Part shown: piece by piece, positions 9,693 through 17,908 of the stretch
How the letters are laid out: every line of letters begins with the position of its first letter
Numbering within the stretch: the first letter of the stretch is position 1
Assembly (NCBI GenBank): GCA_045046875.1
Contig: JASFYY010000087.1
Coordinates: 1 to 52,393, forward strand
Direction: 5' to 3'
Length of the DNA: 52,393 nt
Source of the DNA: Verrucomicrobiota bacterium
GTDB taxonomy: Bacteria > Verrucomicrobiota > Verrucomicrobiia > Verrucomicrobiales > DEV007
Made by a program: the position numbers and the translations under genes
Notes under the pieces: model-generated
The model's database searches: none
The model's input: the letters and a program-made list of their open reading frames with translations, nothing else
What the model was told of the DNA's origin: nothing

Positions 9693-10608
9693 ATGGAGGC
9701 ACTAGAGCGATATTTTGAGAATCTGTATAACTTGCGGGTAGGGGTGGTTGGTCAAGGTAGTGACCGGTATGAGCGTCCACATAAACCGGCCATGTTGCTG
9801 ACCGTGTTGGATCTGATGGATGCTGGGGAGATCGCTCGTAATCGGATTGAATGGAATGATTGTCTGCGTGAGCGATTTGCTAAGATATTCGAAGTGGTTC
9901 GATCATCGAATGACAAGGCAACGCCGGAGAATCTGTATTTTTATCTGAGATCCGAGGGCTTTTGGCGGCATGTGGGAAAAGCCGGTAAAGAGGTTTTAGT
10001 TGAGGGGTTAAGTAATCCTCCTCGGAAATCAGATTTGGCAGATGGTATTTTCCATGTGGAGTTGGAAGCTGATTTTTATCATTTGCTCGAGGATAGGAAA
10101 AAAAGGGAACTTTTTCGGGAGGCTTTGATTTCTCGTTATTTCCCGGACAAGCAGGATGCTCTGGCTGAGCTGACTATCCGTAAGACATCACAGAGCGGCT
10201 GAAGTATCTGCAAAAGATGTGATTGCTCGAAGCGCGGCATTTAGAAAGCTCATCCTCACAACCTACGACCATCAATGTGTGGCTTGCGGGATGCGGATCC
10301 GTTTGCCAAGCGGAATCACGATGGTGGAAGCGGCCCACTTGATTCCCTTTTCTGTGTCAGCTAATGATCATCCGAGCAATGGTTTTGCGCTGTGCAAAAA
10401 TCATCATTGGGCTTTTGACCGTCACTTGATCACTCCGGATCATGAAGGCCGGTGGCAGGTGTCGCCGAGTTTGGAGCATCGCAGATCAAGCGGGGAAGCT
10501 GAGCTGTGTGCGTTGGCGGGGGAGCGAATGTTGCGGCCGTAGGAGGAGATCTTTACTCCTAGCGTGGCGGCGATTGAGTGGCGGGCGAGCAGGTTGGTGG
10601 GGGGATGA
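9693..10608 (+). pseudogene. Disrupted SBD-HNH (phosphorothioate-DNA-binding-type) restriction endonuclease
   Basis: RPHKPAMLL...YLRSEGFW N-domain; frame change within 10174-10199; HNH half (RSAAFR..YDHQCVACG..EAAHLIP..NGFALCKNHHWAFD); in-frame TAG at 10540-10542 followed by EEIFTPSVAAIEWR to TGA 10606-10608. Confidence 0.8.
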
Positions 10609-10623
10609 ATAAGGGGGAGGCTG

Positions 10624-13061
10624 TAGGTGTTTAGGCTGTAGGCATTTAGTTGAGCCCCTATGTCGTCTTGCTATCATAATGGTATCACTTGGGATTTTTT
10701 TTGACTAGAATCTCAAAGGCTTCTTTGAATTTGCCGTTTTTCCAATCGACGGCTTGCTTGATCATGGTTTGTTCGTAGTCATTGCGATTTTGACTGGAAA
10801 CGGCGCAAGCAAGATTAAAGATGCCGATTTCAAAAAAGGGCTGTAGCTCCCAGGGGGTGGAATCCCACCAGGGTAACTTCATCAACCGTGGGTCGGGGAT
10901 GAAGGTGCTCATGTCGGGTTTGTTTGCTAGTGCCCACTGTTGGTAGCGCACTTGAATGGATGGGTTATCTGCGCAGCTCTCTGTGGTGACGCCGATGGTG
11001 TGATTAGCTAATGGTCGCAGGTAGGGCCAAAACTCATGTGGGTAAGCTTGCAGATGATCGTCGCTGAGAACGTTGGCAGCTGCGTATGGGTTGTTTTGCT
11101 GTTGTTGAGCAATGCGCTCACTTGCTAGGTGCAGTATTTTTTCTCCTGATTGGTCTTTCCATTGTTGGCATCGCTCTTTGTTAGCGGCGGGCCATTGCAT
11201 TTTTTCTAAATCAGTAAAGTTGAGGCCGATCCAGAAGAACTTGCCATCTTGCTCTTTGACGATGGGCAGCAGGCGGCCAATTTGATAGGTGGTGTTCAAT
11301 CGCTCATTGGTGGTGCCCGGGATCGGCACGGCTTGCCAGGAGGTTTGTAGTCCGCGTGTGATGAGGTGGCTTTCTCTGCGCCGGAAATTGGCTGTGACTT
11401 TGCGTACAAAGATGTGCTTTTGGGGGAGGCTTCCCAGCTGGTGTCCTGGGGCTGCGATGCTGTCTAGATCCACATAGAACTTGATGCCGCCGGGGCTCTG
11501 AAGTGCGGGCAGGCCGTGCGGGTTGAATTTTTTTATTAGATTGGAGCCGTTGGGTTCGGGGCGACAAAGGAATTGCATGCCGAAGGTTCCGCAATCTGGG
11601 AAAACTTTGCGGAAGTGATACATGATGATGTGCTCGGGTGTGCCGCAGGTTTGCTGGGCGATGTATTTCATTCGCTCAAAGGGGTAAACATCGGCTAACA
11701 GTTCGACGATGGTGGGTTTCAGCGGCAGACCGCGTGCTGCGAGGAACTTGAGTTGCTGCAGTGATCGGGTGGCGCTGAGGAAGCTGGTGTGTTGACCGCC
11801 TTGACCATTTCCATCGTGAAAATAGGCGGTATCTTTGATTTCAGTAAGCGGGATCAGGCCTTCAAAATCTGCTTTGATTGCGTCTAGGCTGCTGTCTCCA
11901 TTTTCTCGGACTACTGAGCAGAGGCGAGTGATGAGCGCATCCGAGTAACCTTGTTCAAAGTGTTCGAGCAGTTCTCCGCCTTCGAAGGTGGCTCCGCTGT
12001 CGAGCAAGTACTCGGTGAGAACTTGTTGATTCGTTCTTACGGCATAAAAGAGAGGTTTGTTGAGTCCTGAGAATCGGGTGCCTGCGGCATTGGCTCCAGC
12101 GGCTAGCAGTAGCTGCCAGAGTGGAGTTGGTGGGGTGGAAGGGGGTGGAGTAGCAGTCGAGGAACAGCCCCGGTAGCTCAGGGCGAAGGTGAGGGCGCAA
12201 TGTTTCTCGTTGTAGGAGCGGTCTAATATCCATACATTGATATCGGGATCGGCGCCGGCTTCGAGACAGCGGCGAGTAGCTTCGCTGTGATCGCTGCGCA
12301 CGGCGGCTTCTAGGCAACGGTCGAGAGCATTGGAGCTCAAGTCTGCCATTTCTTTAGAGCAACTATTGCTGGGTCCGCCATGACTGTAACGATGTACTGG
12401 CGAGTCGCCCCACTGGTTGACGTTTTCAAATGAAAGCTGCAGCAGGGTGGCGGTCTCTTGCTCGGTCTCTAGAGCTTGTTCTCGGCGGGTAAAGTTGCAT
12501 ATCAGTTGGGTGACGGAGTCTGAGTCGAAAGTGATGTCTGCGTCATCATGGCAACGCTCGCTGATCCATGTGAAAATCTTGGCTGGTGTATCGGTGGGCT
12601 GTGGGTAGGGGCATTCTTCAGACAACCCGGCTAAAGCGCGACCTCTTGCCTGCGGGGAGAGGTCTTTCCATACGGTTAGTAATATGGAGTGCAGATTTTC
12701 AAAGCCAAATTGCCAGGCATGACGTTCGATTTGTTTGACTTGTTCTGTATAGAGTGAGGAGCAATCGCTTGCTGGACTAGGCCATGATTGCCACCCTTGG
12801 GGTTCTGGTTGGGGTAGATAGGTGATGATGCGTTCCCATAATGGGGAACGGGACATAAAACCTTCATGCATCCATTGAAACCAGCCAATAGGTTCGGTGG
12901 GTTTGATTTTGGCAAGGGTAAGGGTAAAGGCGAGGGCTTCGCTGTCAGGGGTAGATGGGGTAGATGAATTTTCTTTCATGGTTGTTATACTACTTAATGT
13001 AGCATGGGCATGGGACACTGGTGGGGGGAGGTATTTGGAATTAGGTGCTTAGGCTGTAGGC
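10624..13061. repeat. 20-bp direct repeats flanking the ankyrin-like gene
   Basis: TAGGTGTTTAGGCTGTAGGC (10624-10643) and TAGGTGCTTAGGCTGTAGGC (13042-13061), one mismatch. Confidence 0.7.
10685..12979 (-). CDS. Large hypothetical protein with degenerate ankyrin-like repeats
   Basis: LEAAVRSDHSEATRRCLEAGADPD, LLLAAGANA, PLFYAVRTNQQVLTEYLLDSGA; ATG 12979 preferred over 13018. Confidence 0.65.
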   Translation of the reverse strand: MKENSSTPSTPDSEALAFTLTLAKIKPTEPIGWFQWMHEGFMSRSPLWERIITYLPQPEPQGWQSWPSPASDCSSLYTEQVKQIERHAWQFGFENLHSILLTVWKDLSPQARGRALAGLSEECPYPQPTDTPAKIFTWISERCHDDADITFDSDSVTQLICNFTRREQALETEQETATLLQLSFENVNQWGDSPVHRYSHGGPSNSCSKEMADLSSNALDRCLEAAVRSDHSEATRRCLEAGADPDINVWILDRSYNEKHCALTFALSYRGCSSTATPPPSTPPTPLWQLLLAAGANAAGTRFSGLNKPLFYAVRTNQQVLTEYLLDSGATFEGGELLEHFEQGYSDALITRLCSVVRENGDSSLDAIKADFEGLIPLTEIKDTAYFHDGNGQGGQHTSFLSATRSLQQLKFLAARGLPLKPTIVELLADVYPFERMKYIAQQTCGTPEHIIMYHFRKVFPDCGTFGMQFLCRPEPNGSNLIKKFNPHGLPALQSPGGIKFYVDLDSIAAPGHQLGSLPQKHIFVRKVTANFRRRESHLITRGLQTSWQAVPIPGTTNERLNTTYQIGRLLPIVKEQDGKFFWIGLNFTDLEKMQWPAANKERCQQWKDQSGEKILHLASERIAQQQQNNPYAAANVLSDDHLQAYPHEFWPYLRPLANHTIGVTTESCADNPSIQVRYQQWALANKPDMSTFIPDPRLMKLPWWDSTPWELQPFFEIGIFNLACAVSSQNRNDYEQTMIKQAVDWKNGKFKEAFEILVKKNPK

Positions 13062-13217
13062 TGAGAAGAGGGTGGGCGGGAAGTTAGAAGGGTGAAATTT
13101 GAAGTTTGAAATGCAATGAAAGGTGCTCCGTCGCCCGAGGGGTTTTGGCGGACAGGTTGAGGAGTGGATATGGAAATCTGTGTTACGGGGGGGAGGAAGA
13201 GTGGCGATTGTCGATTA

Positions 13218-13356
13218 GCGATGGTTGATTGATGGACTGGAATAAGGAAGCAGCCGGAGCGGCCGCGCTACAATTCTTTGAAATGAAGAACTGGAATGCA
13301 ATGGTGGTGGTTGGTGGGAATTGCTCGGAGGTGGTTTTGAAGGGAGAGGAGGGGAA
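13218..13356. repeat. About 139-bp imperfect direct repeat, copy A
   Basis: Matches 13781-13919 (GCAGCCGGAGCGGCCGC.CTACAATT...GAAGAACTGGAATGCAATGGTGGTGGTTGGTGG...TTGCTCGGAGGTGGTTTTGAAGGGAGAG). Confidence 0.9.
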
Positions 13357-13409
13357 TGGCTTGATATGAAGTAGTAAACCCATTAGTTTATGAAAACCAA
13401 GTAGCAGTT

Positions 13410-13607
13410 ATGACGACGATCACAGTTCAATTAGATGATGCAAAGGCCGCTGCGCTGAGGGAAAAAGCAGAAGGTTTGGGCTTGCAGCCCGCGCAACTTT
13501 TGACCGCTTCCGTCGAAGACCTCATTGGTCAGGCAGATGTGGATTTTGATGAAGCTGCCAAGCGTGTGTTGGCAAAAAATCAGCAATTGTATCAACAGCT
13601 ATCTTGA
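13410..13607 (+). CDS. Small antitoxin-like DNA-binding protein of a family usually found upstream of Fic/Doc toxins
   Basis: MTTITVQL beta-strand plus helices (RHH-like); C-terminus F..AA..VL.KN..LY..L. Confidence 0.7.
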   Translation: MTTITVQLDDAKAAALREKAEGLGLQPAQLLTASVEDLIGQADVDFDEAAKRVLAKNQQLYQQLS

Positions 13608-13780
13608 ATCGGTATTAGCGGCGAATGACATAGCGCTTGATCTAAAGCAAGATGATTATGAAATGTTTGAGTATACGAGGACGGTGCTACGATTGCCCTG
13701 CGAGGTTTGAAATGAGTGGATTTACGTGGGACGAATGAGGATGACGGGGGAAATTGCTCGAAAGCAATGAGGAGGGGGAG

Positions 13781-13919
13781 GCGATGGTTGAATGATGAAT
13801 GGGAAGATGGAGGCAGCCGGAGCGGCCGCACTACAATTTTTTGAAAGGAAGAACTGGAATGCAATGGTGGTGGTTGGTGGAATTGCTCGGAGGTGGTTTT
13901 GAAGGGAGAGGGAGGGGAA
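13781..13919. repeat. About 139-bp imperfect direct repeat, copy B
   Basis: Second copy of 13218-13356. Confidence 0.9.
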
Positions 13920-14022
13920 CAGATTTGGAAATCTATCCTACGGGCTTTGGCGGACAAGTTGAGGAGTGAATATGGGGATTTGTTTTACGGGGGGATGGAC
14001 AGATTTGGAAATCTATCCTACG
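13919..14022 (-). repeat. Two GTAG-type REP-like palindromes
   Basis: ACAGATTTGGAAATCTATCCTACG at 13919-13942 and 13999-14022; minus strand reads GTAG followed by an AGATTT-CC-AAATCT hairpin. Confidence 0.7.
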
Positions 14023-14089
14023 GGGGGAATGTGTTTTTGTTGACAGCTTCGGTGTTGACTAGTGGCGGGTATGGCTTTTTCTTCTGGTT

Positions 14090-14911
14090 ATGAGTTTTTA
14101 TCAACGAATGACTGGCCTGCAGGTTTGGGGGCTTTTTTGTGTGGTCGCTTTTGCTTGTTCTTTTTCTTTGCCTAGGGCGCAGGGGCAGGAGGCATCGGCG
14201 GCGGATCTGGCGGCCCGGCTGGGGGCGCTGGTCGAGGATGGGGATTCGGCTACGCGTTTGCGTTTGAAGGTGGTGCCAGAGGGGAGCGGCGAGAAGGTGT
14301 TGTTGCAGATTCAGATCAAGGCCCGGCGCAGCGCTGGAAAAAAGGAGGTGCTCTATCAGGTTTTGTGGCCGAAGACGCGCAAGGGGCAGGCTTTTTTGAT
14401 TCAGAAACAAGGGGAGGGCTCGCCCAAGGGGGTGGTTTACACTCCGCCCGTCAAGACGGCCACGACGCTCGGTAAGGGGGAGATGATGAATGGCTTGCTG
14501 GGCAGTGATCTGGCTTATCAGGATGTGATTGAGAATTTTTTTCGCTGGCAGACGCAGAGTCTTGCGGGCAAGGAGAAACTGGGCAGGGTTGAGTGTGTCA
14601 TTGTGGAATCAAAGCCGGGGGCGAAGGATGCAAGCCCTTACGGCAGGGTGAAGTCGTGGATTGATCCGGTCAAACTGGTCGCGATGCGGGTGGAGAAATA
14701 CGATTCTGCGGGAAAACTAGTGAGGAGATTCGATACCACCCGGGTGGCCAAGGATGATGAAAAACACTATGTGCCTGCGAGCCTGGAGGTTCGTCGCACG
14801 GGCAGTGGCACGGTGACTGAAATCGAGGGGTCCAGCATTCGCCATGATGTGAAGTTTTCGGATAAGGATTTCACCACGTCCGCACTTAACGATTTTAGGA
14901 TTCCCCGATAG
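14090..14911 (+). CDS. LolA-like periplasmic outer membrane lipoprotein-sorting protein
   Basis: Signal peptide; LLGSDLAYQD, L.GKE.LG...C.IVES.P, Y..V..WID, RVE.YD..GKLVR, F..KDFT. Confidence 0.82.
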   Translation: MSFYQRMTGLQVWGLFCVVAFACSFSLPRAQGQEASAADLAARLGALVEDGDSATRLRLKVVPEGSGEKVLLQIQIKARRSAGKKEVLYQVLWPKTRKGQAFLIQKQGEGSPKGVVYTPPVKTATTLGKGEMMNGLLGSDLAYQDVIENFFRWQTQSLAGKEKLGRVECVIVESKPGAKDASPYGRVKSWIDPVKLVAMRVEKYDSAGKLVRRFDTTRVAKDDEKHYVPASLEVRRTGSGTVTEIEGSSIRHDVKFSDKDFTTSALNDFRIPR

Positions 14912-14932
14912 TTAGCCAGTTAGTTTTTGCAG

Positions 14933-16300
14933 ATGAGATCTCTGGAGTTATTGCGTGCGGTGTACGCGGTTCGAAAAGCTGAGTCCCTGAACAACGAACA
15001 GGTTCAGCAGCTGCAGGACCAGCGCTTGAGAAAACTGCTGAAGCATACGGTGGCCAAATCGCCATTTTATCGTCGTTTTTACCGTGAACATGGTATCAAT
15101 GAGGGGGATCTCGATGAGGTGCGGGTGGAGGACCTGCCGATTATTGATAAAAACATCATGATGGAAAATTATGATGATTTTGTCACTGATCCAGCCATCA
15201 AGCAGGCTGAGCTGGAGGCTTTTATCAATGAGTCCCCGACGCCGGGGTCCAAGTATAAAAAGAAGTATTCGGTGGTGCATACTTCGGGATCGAGCGGAAC
15301 GATTGGATTGTTTGTTTATGGACCCAGGGAGTGGGAGATGGGCAAGGCGCTGAGTTTGAGGGCGACGGGGGTTAAACTTCCTTTTGGGCGGAGGAAAAAA
15401 ATCGCCTTTATTGCGGCCACGGACGGGCACTTCGCCTCGGTGACTTCTTTTTACAATTTGCCCAGATTACTATTTAAGTTATTGCCCTTGTCGATCAGCA
15501 GTCCGCTGGATGAGATTCGTGACAAGATCGATCAATTCCAGCCGGATGTGATAACGGGTTATGCTTCGGGATTAAACCTGCTGGCGAAGGAGCAATTGGC
15601 GGGTCGGATTCAAATCGATCCGAGTGAAGCTTTTTGCACCGGGGATCCTCTGACGGTGGTTTTCAGGCAGCGGATAAAAAAGGCCTTCGGGGTGGATCCT
15701 ATTAATATGTATGGAAGTTCGGAAACCATGACCCTTGCTGGGGAGTGTGGCCAGTGCCGTGGCTTTCATTTATATAATGACTGGTGCAGCGTCCAGGTGG
15801 TCGGCGATGATTTGCTGCCTGCCAAGGCGGGGCGGGTGATTATTACCAATCTTTATAATTACACCCAGCCGTTGATTCGTTACCAGATGAACGATGAGAT
15901 CGTATTGAGCGATAAGGCGTGCCCTTGTGGTTGGCCTTTTCCTGTTATCGAGAGCATGGCGGGAAGGCAGGAGGACTTTTTATGGTTTGAGCAAGAGGGT
16001 GGGGAAAAAGATTTTATTCATCCGATTGTATTGGCGGAGTTTTTTGTGCCGGGCTTGGAGAAGTTCCAGTTTCGTCAGACTTCGCCGAACCACCTGGTTA
16101 TGAGGGCTGTTGTGAACGGTGATGAGCAGGGGGTGGAGGCGGCTATTCGGGAGAAGATGGCGGAAATCTTGTCTGGGAAATCGCTGCAGAGCTGTGTTCG
16201 TTTTGATGTCGAATTGGTGGATGAGATCGGCAATGATGTGAAGACGGGTAAGTTTCGTTTGGTGGTGCCTTTGGGGAAGGGGGAGGCTGTAGGGGGTTAG
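14933..16300 (+). CDS. Phenylacetate-CoA ligase-like (PaaK/CapK/F390 synthetase family) adenylate-forming enzyme
   Basis: SPFYR, LPIIDK, HTSGSSG P-loop, YGSSE, ITNLYNYTQPLIRYQMND, CPCG, GRQED, C-terminal KTGKFR; ATG 14933. Confidence 0.88.
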   Translation: MRSLELLRAVYAVRKAESLNNEQVQQLQDQRLRKLLKHTVAKSPFYRRFYREHGINEGDLDEVRVEDLPIIDKNIMMENYDDFVTDPAIKQAELEAFINESPTPGSKYKKKYSVVHTSGSSGTIGLFVYGPREWEMGKALSLRATGVKLPFGRRKKIAFIAATDGHFASVTSFYNLPRLLFKLLPLSISSPLDEIRDKIDQFQPDVITGYASGLNLLAKEQLAGRIQIDPSEAFCTGDPLTVVFRQRIKKAFGVDPINMYGSSETMTLAGECGQCRGFHLYNDWCSVQVVGDDLLPAKAGRVIITNLYNYTQPLIRYQMNDEIVLSDKACPCGWPFPVIESMAGRQEDFLWFEQEGGEKDFIHPIVLAEFFVPGLEKFQFRQTSPNHLVMRAVVNGDEQGVEAAIREKMAEILSGKSLQSCVRFDVELVDEIGNDVKTGKFRLVVPLGKGEAVGG

Positions 16301-16476
16301 GCTTTAGGAGAGAAGGGGGGTGTGGGATCCTCCGTCGCCTGACAGGCTTTGGCGGACAAGCTAATGGTATTGCGTGGGTCTTGGGGTGGTTCGGGGGATC
16401 CGCACTCGACTGAAAGGAGAGAGCCAGCCGCAGCGAAGCAAGACAGGCAACCCGCAGGGTTGAGCATAGCGTCCAA

Positions 16477-16540
16477 AGGAAACTACCCGAAGGCAATCGA
16501 AACGTAGTGTAGATAGCTGGAGGAAACTACCCGAAGGCAA
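16477..16540. repeat. Perfect 20-bp direct repeat pair in a convergent intergenic region
   Basis: AGGAAACTACCCGAAGGCAA at 16477-16496 and 16521-16540. Confidence 0.85.
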
Positions 16541-16669
16541 ATTGCCCCGCCTTCGCCCTAGGGGCTATGGCGGGCAAGCAATTCGTGCCACAGGGAGGGA
16601 GACAGGTGAGGTCAATAGGTGCGAATGAGAGTGGTGGGATTTAAGTTCGGTCTAAACTTGTCAGTTAGT

Positions 16670-17860
16670 TTAACTGGCTTGTTTTTGGTAAACTTCTACG
16701 TCGTAGATGTGGCCGGATCCTTCGGTGTGGAGGGGGGTGAAGTTGGCGATTTCGACGAGGGCGTGGAGGTCTTCCTGATTGCGGTAGCGGAATTTTTTTC
16801 CAAACAGTTCGAGGATGCGGGCGCCGGTTTCCACCCGGTAGGTGTTGGTGATCAAGGTGCCGAGATCTGCGGTCATGGAGGAGATGGAGTGGGCAAGTTT
16901 TTTGGCGCAGGGTTCCAAGGCCAGGCTGGGGTGACCGAGGTGATCTTCGGTGGTGGTGGTGGTGAATCCGTGGAAATATTCAAGGATGCCGATGAGGGTG
17001 ATGATTTGGTAGGGCTCTTCTGCATCGGTGTCGCTTTCGAGCAGGTCTTCGGTGCGGGCAGAGATGCCGGATGATTGTTTGGTTCGGGCGAGATGCTCGC
17101 GGGTGCTGGTTAGCTTTTTGAGCAGTCGATTGATTTTTTCGATATTGGTGGGGCAGCGATCAGTGATGGTCATGGTGACCAGGCTTGGGTCGTAACCTTC
17201 GCGGATCAGTCGGTCAAAGACGAGGATCATGCTCAGGCCGGTGCCGGCGGCGGCGGCTTTGAGACGAACGGGCTGTCCTTTGTCGAGGTGTTTTTTTGCG
17301 GCGTTGAGAGTGGCGCGGGCTTCGCAGATGAAGCGCAGTTGTACGTCCTTGCCCTGGACGGAATCGAGTAAGAGACGGTCCCAGGTGCAGGAGGTGCGGG
17401 TGATCTCTGGAGAGATCATCATGTAGGGGGCGTTCATCGGGTCGCCGCCTTCGACAAAGGAGGCACTGTCTGCGCCTGACGTCTCGAGCAGGGCACGGGC
17501 ATAGGGATGGTCGGAGCGTTCGAGGATGGTGTTCTGGTAACTGACAAACTCCTGGCCGTCATGGCCGGTTTTGGTTTGGGTGCTGGTGGTTCGTTTGAGC
17601 AGGAAAAAAGAGATCACGGCCAGCATACGTTTGAAAGAGGGGGCGGGGCGGGGTGGTTCGCTATTGAAAATCTCGCGGCGCAGGCTGGCAACGATGGCTT
17701 CGCTGATTTCGTTATGGCCTTCCGAATAGAGCAGGTTGACCGCTTCCATCGGGGTGACGGGTTGTTTGAGCAACAGCGCCGGGTCGCCGATTTTTTTGAG
17801 TTCGGCGGCGGTGGTTTCCTGGGGAGGGGCGGGGTTTGATGTGGTGGATGCGATTGACAT
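16670..17860 (-). CDS. Putative divergent class I SAM-dependent methyltransferase
   Basis: PVRLKAAAAGTG motif-I-like, TITD acidic strand end, YQIITLIGILEYF, GTLITN, FRYRNQEDL. Confidence 0.55.
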   Translation of the reverse strand: MSIASTTSNPAPPQETTAAELKKIGDPALLLKQPVTPMEAVNLLYSEGHNEISEAIVASLRREIFNSEPPRPAPSFKRMLAVISFFLLKRTTSTQTKTGHDGQEFVSYQNTILERSDHPYARALLETSGADSASFVEGGDPMNAPYMMISPEITRTSCTWDRLLLDSVQGKDVQLRFICEARATLNAAKKHLDKGQPVRLKAAAAGTGLSMILVFDRLIREGYDPSLVTMTITDRCPTNIEKINRLLKKLTSTREHLARTKQSSGISARTEDLLESDTDAEEPYQIITLIGILEYFHGFTTTTTEDHLGHPSLALEPCAKKLAHSISSMTADLGTLITNTYRVETGARILELFGKKFRYRNQEDLHALVEIANFTPLHTEGSGHIYDVEVYQKQAS

Positions 17861-17908
17861 AAAGAGGTGGGTGGGGACAAGAGCGTTGCCGGTGGTAAGC
17901 GCTGCTTA

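Larger units (their letters stand above)
7358..14030. mobile_element. Degenerate tRNA-anchored genomic island; right boundary approximate
   Basis: att-arm-like motifs right after the tRNA, defence-type cargo, pseudogenes, AT-rich patches, many repeats; no integrase or duplicated tRNA end seen. Confidence 0.5.

Noticed and set aside
10174..10542. Programmed frameshift or amber read-through in SBD-HNH
   Set aside because: No slippery run in the shift interval; two independent lesions plus a motif substitution fit decay better
7358..14030. Intact integrative element or prophage
   Set aside because: No integrase, phage or conjugation genes; no duplicate of the tRNA 3' end found by eye
16477..16540. 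Possible mini CRISPR array
   Set aside because: Only two 20-bp repeats with a 24-nt spacer, and no cas genes in the window
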